DNA of 64,000 bases from an uncultured Pseudobdellovibrionaceae bacterium (GTDB lineage: Bacteria; Bdellovibrionota; FAC87; UBA2466). The DNA lies in contig CAZTDN010000004.1 of the NCBI GenBank assembly GCA_964611895.1, positions 64,301-128,300 on the forward strand, read 5' to 3'. Below are positions 36,125 to 47,366 of the stretch, piece by piece. Position 1 is the first letter of the stretch; the number at the start of each line of letters is the position of its first letter. The translations under genes were made by a program, and so were the position numbers. The notes beneath the pieces are model-generated. The model was given only the letters and a program-made list of their open reading frames with translations. It did no database searches and had not been told where the DNA came from.

Positions 36125-37459
36125 ATGCGAAACGACTCCCAGTGGAAAACCATCTTGAGCGGGGCCGCAGAACTCGGCTATGAAAACGCCGAATTCTATG
36201 TCGAGAGCACCCACACGGCTTCCGTGCGTTATTTTGGACGCACAGACGAAGTGCGCTTCCACCACCGACAGGGCGCGAGCCTGCGAGCCATCCGCAAAGG
36301 CGTCGCACACCGTTTTTTTGCTGACTCGGCCGAACCCGAAACCTGGCTTTCACTGCTGCAAACCCACCCGTATCGCTCGCCCGCTCTGCCCAAAGCCTTC
36401 GCTGAACAAGAGGAACCTGCCCTCCATCCGCCTAAAGAACTGATCGCTGCGACGACGGAACTACTCCAAAAAACTCGCGGTGTTTTTTCCAGCGCCTCGA
36501 CCAAGTGGGCCTACACAGACATCGAAGCCAGTCTCTCTCTAAAGGAATATGCTCTGCTGCGTTGGGATTCCCCCGAAGGAAAACCCGCGTTTGGAAAAGA
36601 AGAGTGCGCAGATTTCAAAGCCCAGTGGAAACCGGAACTCGCCTATTCTTGGGAGCGCTCGCGAGGGTCGATCCAAGGACTCTTGAGTGAGCTGGACTCC
36701 AGTTTTGTCCCCACTGTAAAAGCTTCCTTACAACCTCTCCCGGCTTGGCCCGCACCCCAAGGGCCCCTACCCGTGCTTTGGTCAGCGCGGTCCGTCGCTA
36801 AGCTCCAAATGCATTTGCTCTATGCACTAGAGGGCGATCATGTACTGGATGAGCGCTCTTTTTTAAACACGCACCCTCTTCCGCTTTCATTCAGGTTTGA
36901 CCTCGAAGATCGCCCGCCCGCCTCTGCCCAACAGACGGATCACGAGGGTTCCGTTCGACGCGCGCTTTCTATTTTAAAAGAAGGCCGACCGACCGCTCTT
37001 GCCTGCCATGCTCGCATTGCGCAGGAACTCGAAGTTCACCCCACTGGGCACGGGCGCAGGGAGAGTTTTGACAGCCCCGTCACCACCGGCTTCTGGCATG
37101 CGTTCCTCCAAGCAAAAAACCAAAAGCCTTCGCTCCTCGGAGAAATGACTCGAGGAGTCAGCGTTCGCGACCTAGAGATTGTCGACTTCGATTTAACGAC
37201 AGCGAAAATTCGGCTGCGCCTGACGGATTGTCGGCTAGTCCACCACGGACAAGAGGGAGAACCCATTGAGGAAATGGTTGTCGATACCGATCTAGTTGCC
37301 TTGCTCGAAAGTTTTGTGTCGTTTGACCAAACCCTGGAAACCACAGGCATGGCACAGTCCAAACAACAACAAAAAATCTATACCGAACTCACCGTCCCAG
37401 CAGCCCTTTCGGAGGCATTCCCCTTTCCTGGTTCCGTCCCACCCGATCATTATTGGTGA
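36125..37459 (+). CDS. PmbA/TldE-family (TldD/PmbA superfamily) protein
   Basis: 444 aa from ATG 36125 (alternative 36098; the track ORF starts at 36026 inside the upstream gene). N-terminal pattern ELGYENAEFYVESTHTASVRYFGRTDEVRFHHRQGASLRAIRKG and C-terminal HPTGHGRRESFDSPVTTGF fit the PmbA/TldD fold. No HExxxH motif seen. Confidence 0.6.
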   Translation: MRNDSQWKTILSGAAELGYENAEFYVESTHTASVRYFGRTDEVRFHHRQGASLRAIRKGVAHRFFADSAEPETWLSLLQTHPYRSPALPKAFAEQEEPALHPPKELIAATTELLQKTRGVFSSASTKWAYTDIEASLSLKEYALLRWDSPEGKPAFGKEECADFKAQWKPELAYSWERSRGSIQGLLSELDSSFVPTVKASLQPLPAWPAPQGPLPVLWSARSVAKLQMHLLYALEGDHVLDERSFLNTHPLPLSFRFDLEDRPPASAQQTDHEGSVRRALSILKEGRPTALACHARIAQELEVHPTGHGRRESFDSPVTTGFWHAFLQAKNQKPSLLGEMTRGVSVRDLEIVDFDLTTAKIRLRLTDCRLVHHGQEGEPIEEMVVDTDLVALLESFVSFDQTLETTGMAQSKQQQKIYTELTVPAALSEAFPFPGSVPPDHYW

Positions 37460-37511
37460 GTGGCCTTTGGGGGTGTTTGCTAGGCGCTCGGTCGCATGCT
37501 ATGACTTCGCA

Positions 37512-37727
37512 GTGTTCCCTATCTTAACCAAAATTGACCAAGCGCTGGAATCCAAAGCCCGCTGCCGTCTGATTGATAAGGTAGGCAAATATTTAAACGG
37601 CACGGTGACCGACTCGTGGGTCCGGCTATCGGGTGGCAAAATCCGAGGCAAGGTGGTTTTTCTCTCGGACGAAAAAGGCACGGTCGAAATCGATGCAAAC
37701 GACATCTTAGATATTCTGATTGAGTAG
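37512..37727 (+). CDS. possible 71-aa protein upstream of ald
   Basis: GTG-initiated reading frame (V)FPILTKIDQALESKARCRLIDKVGKYLNGTVTDSWVRLSGGKIRGKVVFLSDEKGTVEIDANDILDILIE. No SD and no family recognised. Confidence 0.25.
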   Translation: MFPILTKIDQALESKARCRLIDKVGKYLNGTVTDSWVRLSGGKIRGKVVFLSDEKGTVEIDANDILDILIE

Positions 37728-37736
37728 GGGGATGAA

Positions 37737-38852
37737 ATGATTATCGGCGTACCAAAAGAGATCAAAAACCGTGAAAATCGCGTCGGGCTGGTTCCAGCCG
37801 GTGCGCGGGCATTCGTGGCCCACGGGCATAAAGTCTTGGTGCAAAAATCCGCGGGGCTTGGAAGCGGAATTCCTGATGAAGCTTACATTGCCGCCGGCGC
37901 TAAAATCGTGGACACCGCAGCCGACGCCTGGGGCGCGGACATGGTAATCAAGGTAAAAGAGCCGCTCCCTGATGAGTTTAGTTATATGCGGCCTAACCAG
38001 ATCCTCTACACCTACTTGCACTTGGCACCCGAACGACGACTCACCGAAGAGCTCATCGAACGCAAAGTTACCGGCATCGCCTACGAAACCATCCAAGAAG
38101 AAGACGGTTCACTCCCCTTGCTTCGTCCCATGAGCGAGGTCGCAGGCCGCATGTCCGCTCAAGTGGGCGCATTTTACTTGCAGAGTAGCTGGGACCAGCA
38201 AAACTCAGGCAAGGGCGTACTTTTGGGAGGCGTCCCAGGGGTAATGCCGGGTAAAGTGACTATTATCGGCGGAGGCGTTTCTGGATCGCATGCTGCCAAG
38301 ATGGCCTTGGGCATGGGTGCCGTGGTCACTATTTTGGATGTGAGTCCGCAGCGTTTGGAGTATTTGGATAATATTTTCAGCGGACGACTTATCACTTTGA
38401 TGTCAAACATCGACAATATTGAAGAAAGCGTTACCAAGGCCGACTTGGTCATTGGAGCTGTTTTAGTTCCCGGCGCAAAAGCGCCGAGTTTGGTCACACG
38501 AAATATGGTCTCAAAAATGGGCCGAGGGTCTGTTATCGTCGATATCGCCGTGGATCAGGGTGGGTGTGTAGAAACCTGCCGCCCTACCTCGCATGAGTCC
38601 CCCACTTTTGTTACCGATGGAGTCATCCATTATTGTGTTACGAATATGCCAGGAGCTGTCGCTCGGACTTCCACCCTTGCTCTGACCAATGTCACCTTGA
38701 AGTACGCATTGAAAATTGCGGACCTCGGCCCGGAGCAAGCGGCGTTGAGCAGCGAGCCCATTCGCAAAGGCTTTAATACTTACAAAGGAAAGCTCGTCTA
38801 TGAACAGGTTGCCATTGCGCATAGCCTGCCCTACGAGCCACTCTCGCTGTAA
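37737..38852 (+). CDS. ald: alanine dehydrogenase
   Basis: MIIGVPKEIKNRENRVGLVPAG ... IIGGGVSGSHAAKMALGMGA: diagnostic N-terminus and NAD fold. Confidence 0.93.
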   Translation: MIIGVPKEIKNRENRVGLVPAGARAFVAHGHKVLVQKSAGLGSGIPDEAYIAAGAKIVDTAADAWGADMVIKVKEPLPDEFSYMRPNQILYTYLHLAPERRLTEELIERKVTGIAYETIQEEDGSLPLLRPMSEVAGRMSAQVGAFYLQSSWDQQNSGKGVLLGGVPGVMPGKVTIIGGGVSGSHAAKMALGMGAVVTILDVSPQRLEYLDNIFSGRLITLMSNIDNIEESVTKADLVIGAVLVPGAKAPSLVTRNMVSKMGRGSVIVDIAVDQGGCVETCRPTSHESPTFVTDGVIHYCVTNMPGAVARTSTLALTNVTLKYALKIADLGPEQAALSSEPIRKGFNTYKGKLVYEQVAIAHSLPYEPLSL

Positions 38853-38854
38853 CC

Positions 38855-41592
<2,738 letters not shown>

Positions 41593-42570
41593 TCAATCTA
41601 AACCAGCCAGTTCCCTCAAAAGCCCAGGGCCCTGATAGACGAGCCCTGTGTAAACCTCGACAAGATCCGCCCCAGCTCGTCGCATCTGTTTTGCAGAGGC
41701 GCGATTCCACACTCCCCCCACCCCAATCAAGGACTTCTTATGGCCCAACGCCTGCCGCGCGATCGACACACATTCAATCGCACGCGAAAACAAAGGACGA
41801 CCGGATAATCCCCCGGCCGGCATTGAAAAAACTTCCTCTGCCATTTCTCGCGAAGTATTCGTCAGCACTATGCCTGCCAGGCGATTTTCATCCCGAACGG
41901 CCGTAGCGAGCCTGTCTAGTTGTGCGTTTTCAAGATCGGGAGAAAGTTTTATCCATACCGGCACCCCCGCAGGGACGCGTTGCGCGATTTGCGCCAAGAA
42001 CTCCTCACTCTGCAGCTGCATCAACCCTGGTGTGTTGGGAGAACTCAAGTTCACGACAAAACCATCCACGAGACCCTGCAAGGCCTGAAACCCTTTCGCA
42101 TAGTCCGCCAGAGCGTCCGCGTTCGGAGTAGTCCGGTTCTTGCCAATATTCGCAAGCAGAACAAACCCCGGCAGACGAGACCGGTAGCGTCGTATATTTT
42201 GACTAAAAACTTCCAAACCGACGCTATTGAAGCCCATGTGGTTCACCAACGTTCCCGCAGCAGGACGCCAGAGCCTTGGCTTGGGGTTCCCGGGTTGAGG
42301 GAGAGGCGTTACTGTCCCCACCTCAACAAAACCGGCTCCCAACACAGCCAATCCCGCAAATATTTCGGCGTTCTTATCCAGCCCAGCGGCCACGCCCACG
42401 CGAGCGGGAAAACGAAAACCACACTGAGGAACGACGATGCTTGCAGGCGAAGCAAATGGTCGTTTTTGAACATGGAACCTTATCCATTGCAGGCACTGCA
42501 AAAACGCTTTCGCCAGTGCATGCGCCGTCTCAGGAGGAAGCCAGAGTAATAGTCTGTGAAAAAAATGCAT
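41593..42570 (-). CDS. pyrD: dihydroorotate dehydrogenase (quinone), class 2
   Basis: Start at MHFFHRLLLWLPPE (42570). GFVEVGTVTP and NLSSPNTPGL motifs. The longer track ORF (to 42777) overlaps the upstream gene. Confidence 0.9.
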   Translation of the reverse strand: MHFFHRLLLWLPPETAHALAKAFLQCLQWIRFHVQKRPFASPASIVVPQCGFRFPARVGVAAGLDKNAEIFAGLAVLGAGFVEVGTVTPLPQPGNPKPRLWRPAAGTLVNHMGFNSVGLEVFSQNIRRYRSRLPGFVLLANIGKNRTTPNADALADYAKGFQALQGLVDGFVVNLSSPNTPGLMQLQSEEFLAQIAQRVPAGVPVWIKLSPDLENAQLDRLATAVRDENRLAGIVLTNTSREMAEEVFSMPAGGLSGRPLFSRAIECVSIARQALGHKKSLIGVGGVWNRASAKQMRRAGADLVEVYTGLVYQGPGLLRELAGLD

Positions 42571-42572
42571 CG

Positions 42573-43208
42573 TCACTCCACCGAAGGGGCTGAGCCAAAA
42601 AAGAATCCCGCATTGACCTGGTACTGAGTATATTTCGATGAAATATCGGCGGCTCCCCCGGCCTCCAAGCAAACTCCCCACGTATTTCCCCAACGAATAC
42701 CCACGGCACCGCCCACCAAGTTTTGATCCTGAGTGGAAAATCGAAACACAACACGGGGAGAAACGTACACCCCCCATTCCGGGGCAAAATCGTAGCTAAT
42801 ATACATCGGGATCAGTACGTCGAGGATCTCTCGTTGAAAATGCGTCGTATCGGATGCCCCAGACTTCACCCCGAGAAATCCGACCCCCGCCCCAAGAGCG
42901 AATGCAAATTCTGGGTCGTTCACCAAATTGAACTTAAGGTCTCCAGTAAACATTCCAGGCATCGTGTAACGCAACCCTACATCCCAATCCGTGAGAAAGC
43001 CAAAACGACCGGCAACCTCCAAAAAAGGAAAGGTGACTTTGGACGGGTCCGAAGGGCTAGCCTCGGGAGTTCTAAAAAAACCAGCCCCCACCAAAAACCG
43101 ATGGGTGCCCTCAGGAAGTACTCGCGCCGTTTGCAATGCAGACATGCTGGTACAGGCGTTCAAAAAAAGGCAAAAACAACCCGCACCCAAAACTCTTAGC
43201 CAACGCAT
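42573..43208 (-). CDS. outer-membrane lipoprotein / small beta-barrel, hypothetical
   Basis: Lipobox LFLNAC. Alternating beta-strand pattern. Ends 3 nt before the pyrD start. Confidence 0.6.
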   Translation of the reverse strand: MRWLRVLGAGCFCLFLNACTSMSALQTARVLPEGTHRFLVGAGFFRTPEASPSDPSKVTFPFLEVAGRFGFLTDWDVGLRYTMPGMFTGDLKFNLVNDPEFAFALGAGVGFLGVKSGASDTTHFQREILDVLIPMYISYDFAPEWGVYVSPRVVFRFSTQDQNLVGGAVGIRWGNTWGVCLEAGGAADISSKYTQYQVNAGFFFGSAPSVE

Positions 43209-43276
43209 AAAAAGAAGATTTCCCTATCCCCGAAGGTTAGGCAAGATACTCTGTCATAGCCGCAAAGGAGGCCCGC

Positions 43277-43957
43277 GTGCAGACTGCTCTGGTGGAACTC
43301 AAAGGCGTCACGAAAGCCTATCAGTTAGGTGAAACACAGGTGGATGCTCTCAAAGGCATTGACCTGACCCTCAACGCTGGGGAATTCACCGCGCTGGTGG
43401 GAGCCTCCGGCTCGGGAAAAAGCACACTGCTCAATATCATCGGGTGCATTGACGACGCCGATGCAGGAACCGTTCTCCTGGATAAGATCGACATAAAAAC
43501 CCTTAACGAGACCCGGAAAGCCCAAATACGCAACCGCAAGCTCGGGTTCGTTTTTCAAAGTTTCAATCTAGTCCCTGTTTTGACTGCGAGCGAGAATGTG
43601 GAGCTCCCCTTGTTTTTGCAAAAGGAAATTCCCGCATTGGAACGGGCAGCTCGGGTGAAATCGGCATTGGAGTCCGTGGGATTACAGAACTATGCGAACC
43701 ATCTTCCGGACAAGTTATCGGGCGGTCAGCGTCAGAGAGTCGCCATTGCACGTGCGCTAGTAACCCGCCCCCGTCTGGTCATCGCGGATGAGCCGACGGC
43801 AAACTTAGACTCGGCAACGGCAAACCAGCTTGTCGACCTGCTACTGGAGCTAAACCAGAAACAAGGCGTGACTTTTCTTTTCTCGACACACGACGAAAAA
43901 CTCATGAATCGAGTTAATCGGATCGTACGCATACAAGACGGGGTGCTTCAACCGTGA
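43277..43957 (+). CDS. LolD/MacB-type ABC ATPase
   Basis: GTG start. GASGSGKST, LSGGQRQRVAIARAL, ADEPTANLD, FSTHD. Confidence 0.9.
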   Translation: MQTALVELKGVTKAYQLGETQVDALKGIDLTLNAGEFTALVGASGSGKSTLLNIIGCIDDADAGTVLLDKIDIKTLNETRKAQIRNRKLGFVFQSFNLVPVLTASENVELPLFLQKEIPALERAARVKSALESVGLQNYANHLPDKLSGGQRQRVAIARALVTRPRLVIADEPTANLDSATANQLVDLLLELNQKQGVTFLFSTHDEKLMNRVNRIVRIQDGVLQP

Positions 43958-45315
43958 GTGCCTACATCGACCTCACGTGGCGTCTGGCATGGCGCGGTCT
44001 TTTGCGCAATAGAAGACGCAATCTAGTATCCTTGCTCTCCATCTCTTTGGGGTTTGCGGGCCTAGTTTTGATGAACGCTTACATTGCACGAGCGGACAGG
44101 TACATGGCCACGAATACCATTTACATCAACCACACAGGCCATGTGTCCGTGTTCAAAGCTGGGGCGAGAGAGCGTTTTTATGCGGACACGCAGGCCTTGA
44201 GCCTGGATGCGAAAGAACAACGCGCCATTCTAGATGCTGTGGCGCTCATGCCCGAGGTAGAATTCGTTGCCAAATATCTCTGGGGCCAAGGATTGATCGG
44301 CAATGGTTGTGCGTCCGTTCCTTTTCAAGCACTGGGGATAGATGATACCGCAGGTGCGAAAGTTCGATCGCACCCCGAAGTCCTGACCTGGACTCCCGAA
44401 TTGAACGCACTTAAGAAAGGCAAGCCCCTGACTGATTCTGGTTCGGCAGAAGACGGGATATTGATCACCTCTTCTCTCGCAGAGCTCTTGAACAAACCGA
44501 AGACTTTTTCAGAAACAAGCGGAGCCCTCAGCCCGCTCGTTGTTGACTGCGCTCTCCCCTCTACCCACGAAGCGATCGCAGCGAGTGCTGACACGCAGCT
44601 TGTCGGGCGTACTTTTGCGGGAGACTTTTCTGCAATCGATAGTCAGGTAGTTGGCCACTTCTCCACTGGCCTAGCCCTAACAGAGGATACAGGGCTTCAG
44701 ACGCGCTTGTCGCACCTACAAAAACTCTTGGATACGGACCGCGTTGCGTATTTTGGTATTTTTCTCAAAGATCGCACAAGCACACGTTCTTTTGCCTCCG
44801 CCCTCGATTCTCGATTCCGTGCACAGAACCTCCCCTTTGAAGTGCTTCCTTTTTCGGACGAACGAGTCTCTCCTTTTTACGCTGGCGTCATGAGTTTCTT
44901 GCGGACCATGGCTCTGTTTTTCTTTCTCATTGTCGCTGGCATGATCTCAGTAGCCATCTCCGGGTTTATTACTATGGGATTGATGGAACGGCGCCGTGAG
45001 ATGGGAACCCTACGCGCCATTGGATTTACCGCACGGGCTATTTCACATTTGTTCCTCAAGGAAACTTTTTTCCTCGTACTCAGTGGTGTTGGGGTCGGTG
45101 TGCTCGCATCGACTATTGTCGTAGCGATGGTGAACCGAGCCGGGCTGCGCTACCAACCTCCAGGGGTGGCGGGAGATGTCCCATTCCTCCTCTTGATGGA
45201 GGTCCCCACAGCGTTTTACACTGGAGTCCTTGTGGCGGCGATTGGGCTGGCGAGCGCCTGGTGGAAGCTGAAAAAACTGTCCCAGGAAAAACCCGTTGAA
45301 CTTTTACAGGGGTAA
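43954..45315 (+). CDS. FtsX/MacB-type ABC permease 1
   Basis: 453 aa. N-terminal TM, large periplasmic domain and three C-terminal TMs with the RRREMGTLRAIGF motif. 4-nt overlap with the ATPase gene. Confidence 0.85.
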   Translation: MSAYIDLTWRLAWRGLLRNRRRNLVSLLSISLGFAGLVLMNAYIARADRYMATNTIYINHTGHVSVFKAGARERFYADTQALSLDAKEQRAILDAVALMPEVEFVAKYLWGQGLIGNGCASVPFQALGIDDTAGAKVRSHPEVLTWTPELNALKKGKPLTDSGSAEDGILITSSLAELLNKPKTFSETSGALSPLVVDCALPSTHEAIAASADTQLVGRTFAGDFSAIDSQVVGHFSTGLALTEDTGLQTRLSHLQKLLDTDRVAYFGIFLKDRTSTRSFASALDSRFRAQNLPFEVLPFSDERVSPFYAGVMSFLRTMALFFFLIVAGMISVAISGFITMGLMERRREMGTLRAIGFTARAISHLFLKETFFLVLSGVGVGVLASTIVVAMVNRAGLRYQPPGVAGDVPFLLLMEVPTAFYTGVLVAAIGLASAWWKLKKLSQEKPVELLQG

Positions 45316-45318
45316 ACC

Positions 45319-46047
45319 ATGATTCAAAAACTAGTCGTTGTCAGTGTTTTGGCTTCTTACTTAGCTCTGGGTGCCACGGATCCCGCCGAGCTGCTGCGAT
45401 CCGCGGATCGAGCGCGCGGGGCGCTCGCCCAGGGAGCAACATGGAATATTCACATACAAAATGCCGGGGACGACCAACCCGCGCGGAGTTTTTCCGTCCA
45501 AACCAAAGCAGACCATGCCAGGGCCACCGCTACCGCACCCACCAGAAACAAAGGCGAAGTTTTTCTTTTCAGCCCTGAAACACTCTGGTTCTACAAGCCC
45601 GGCCTGCGCAAGCCCGTCTCGTTATCCGCTCGTTCTCGCCTAAGCGGCGAGACCGCCAACGGAGATATAGCGGCAACCCATTACTCACGGGATTACACTG
45701 CGGTACTGAGCAAAGAGGAGGTTCTGGGTAAATCCAAGACCTATGTCCTGGAACTCAAAGCCAAGAACAAGAACGTCACATACGATCGCATTCGCTACTG
45801 GATTGACGCCCAATCCAAGCTGGGGCTGAAAGCGGAGTTCTTATCCCTCGAAGGAGAAGTCCTAAAACGAGCGAGCTTCGAGTACCGCAATTCCATTCAA
45901 GAGGGGTCAAAGAGTTACCCTTTTATCAGTGAGATGATTATCGAAGACGCTTTTACTCAAGGAAAGAAAAGCACCTTGAAGTATGAAAAGCCGGTGGCGG
46001 CGCAGCTTTCGGACACTTTATTCAACGTCAACGGACTGATGAAGTGA
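45319..46047 (+). CDS. LolA-like outer-membrane lipoprotein-sorting family protein
   Basis: Signal peptide. LWFYKPGLRKPVSLS, GDIAATHYSRDY, YVLELKAK and IRYWIDAQS match the LolA_like family pattern. Confidence 0.7.
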   Translation: MIQKLVVVSVLASYLALGATDPAELLRSADRARGALAQGATWNIHIQNAGDDQPARSFSVQTKADHARATATAPTRNKGEVFLFSPETLWFYKPGLRKPVSLSARSRLSGETANGDIAATHYSRDYTAVLSKEEVLGKSKTYVLELKAKNKNVTYDRIRYWIDAQSKLGLKAEFLSLEGEVLKRASFEYRNSIQEGSKSYPFISEMIIEDAFTQGKKSTLKYEKPVAAQLSDTLFNVNGLMK

Positions 46048-47366
46048 CTCATTTCGAAAACCTCCCCTCCCGCCTTGCACGACGAAGTCTTCAACGGCAT
46101 TGGCGCTACAGTTTGAGCGCCGTCTTGGCGGTAGCGTTGGGCTTTGTCTCTCTCACGCTTTTTCGGGCTTATATGCAAGATGTGGCTTGGCTTTACGAGG
46201 ATACGTACGCGCATCGAGGAATGTACGCCAACGTATTGATTGAGCGCCAGGCCACTGCCGCCCAACGAAAATCTGCTCCTTGGGAGTATGCTTTGACCCC
46301 TGATCTGCAGACCGAAATAGACACTTTCCTGAAAAGCGCTCCCGAAGTTGAAAACCGAGTCCGTTTTTTGACGGGGACAGGGTTGATTAGCAATGGAACG
46401 ACCCAGGTCATATTTTTTGCCAAAGGGTATGATCTCGCCGAAGGCACCCGACTGAGGGCCCCAACTTGGAGCTGGGACGCTTCTCACGGGCTCCCTTTGG
46501 ATAAGTCCGAGGACGCTTCTCCTGTTTTGATTGGGAAGGGTTTGGCGCGCATGCTCGGCTGCACGATTCCACCAGGAAAAACCTTGTCGTCCAAAGGAGG
46601 ATACGAGCCCATCGCTCGGGCATTTGATTGCCCCAACCGTGACTTACAGCTCGCAGTGAGCACACAAACTGGGCAGGCAAATGCAGTGACCGTGCACTTA
46701 AGCGGCCTAACAAATGGCATTTTTAAAGAGCTTGATCAAAAATACGTGCTAGCCCCACTGCCGGTACTCCAGAAACTCTATGACACTCGGTCCATTAGTT
46801 TTGTTTCGGTTTCAACCAAACCCCACACGACAAAACAGTTCCTCCATCGTTTGGAACGTTATATTTCAGATAAAAAGCTTCCGCTGATTGCGTCGGATTG
46901 GAAAGATCACCGCGAGGGCGATATGTACCGGCGTACAATGGACCTGCTGCGCATTTTTAGAGACTTTGTCATCAGCATCCTCATTGTTATTACCGGATTG
47001 AGCGTGTTCAATACTTTTTTGAAAATCGTCAAAGAGCGCACTCGCGAAATAGGAACCTTACGCAGCCTTGGCTTTACTCCTCGCACCTTGCTGAGTCTAT
47101 TCTGTTTGGAAGCCGGTTACTTATCGGCCATCGGTATCCTTCTCGGCATTGCGCTTTCAATCGGTACTTCAGCGGCCATCAACCACGCAGGGATTTTTTA
47201 TAAAGCTGGGATCTTGGCTGAACCCGTACTTTTTCGTATTGCCTATTCCCCTACGGTGTATCTAACGAGTGGTCTTTTTTTAGGAGCCGTTGCAATAACA
47301 GCGTCTGCCATAGCGGCTACTGGCACCGTCAGGGCAAAAATATCGGATAATCTTAGCCATGTTTAA
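46044..47366 (+). CDS. FtsX/MacB-type ABC permease 2
   Basis: 440 aa. Same topology as permease 1. KERTREIGTLRSLGF motif. 4-nt overlap upstream. Confidence 0.85.
   Translation: MTHFENLPSRLARRSLQRHWRYSLSAVLAVALGFVSLTLFRAYMQDVAWLYEDTYAHRGMYANVLIERQATAAQRKSAPWEYALTPDLQTEIDTFLKSAPEVENRVRFLTGTGLISNGTTQVIFFAKGYDLAEGTRLRAPTWSWDASHGLPLDKSEDASPVLIGKGLARMLGCTIPPGKTLSSKGGYEPIARAFDCPNRDLQLAVSTQTGQANAVTVHLSGLTNGIFKELDQKYVLAPLPVLQKLYDTRSISFVSVSTKPHTTKQFLHRLERYISDKKLPLIASDWKDHREGDMYRRTMDLLRIFRDFVISILIVITGLSVFNTFLKIVKERTREIGTLRSLGFTPRTLLSLFCLEAGYLSAIGILLGIALSIGTSAAINHAGIFYKAGILAEPVLFRIAYSPTVYLTSGLFLGAVAITASAIAATGTVRAKISDNLSHV

Noticed and set aside
35644-36153. 169-aa minus-strand ORF spanning the Cys-rich gene region.
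   Set aside because: It would overlap both the TPR gene start and the PmbA-like gene. Its Arg/Ser/Gly-rich sequence has no features. The plus-strand 117-aa frame has a clean TM-plus-basic tail and fits the gap. The choice remains unverified.
41920-42549. 209-aa plus-strand ORF inside pyrD. The ORFs at 33160..33714, 49531..50118, 60379..60870 and 61517..62035 are similar cases.
   Set aside because: All lie antisense to genes with clear family motifs and have Arg/Pro/Ser-rich compositions typical of out-of-frame translation.
42571-42777. N-terminal extension of the pyrD ORF.
   Set aside because: It overlaps the upstream OM lipoprotein gene. The conserved PyrD N-terminus begins at ATG 42570.
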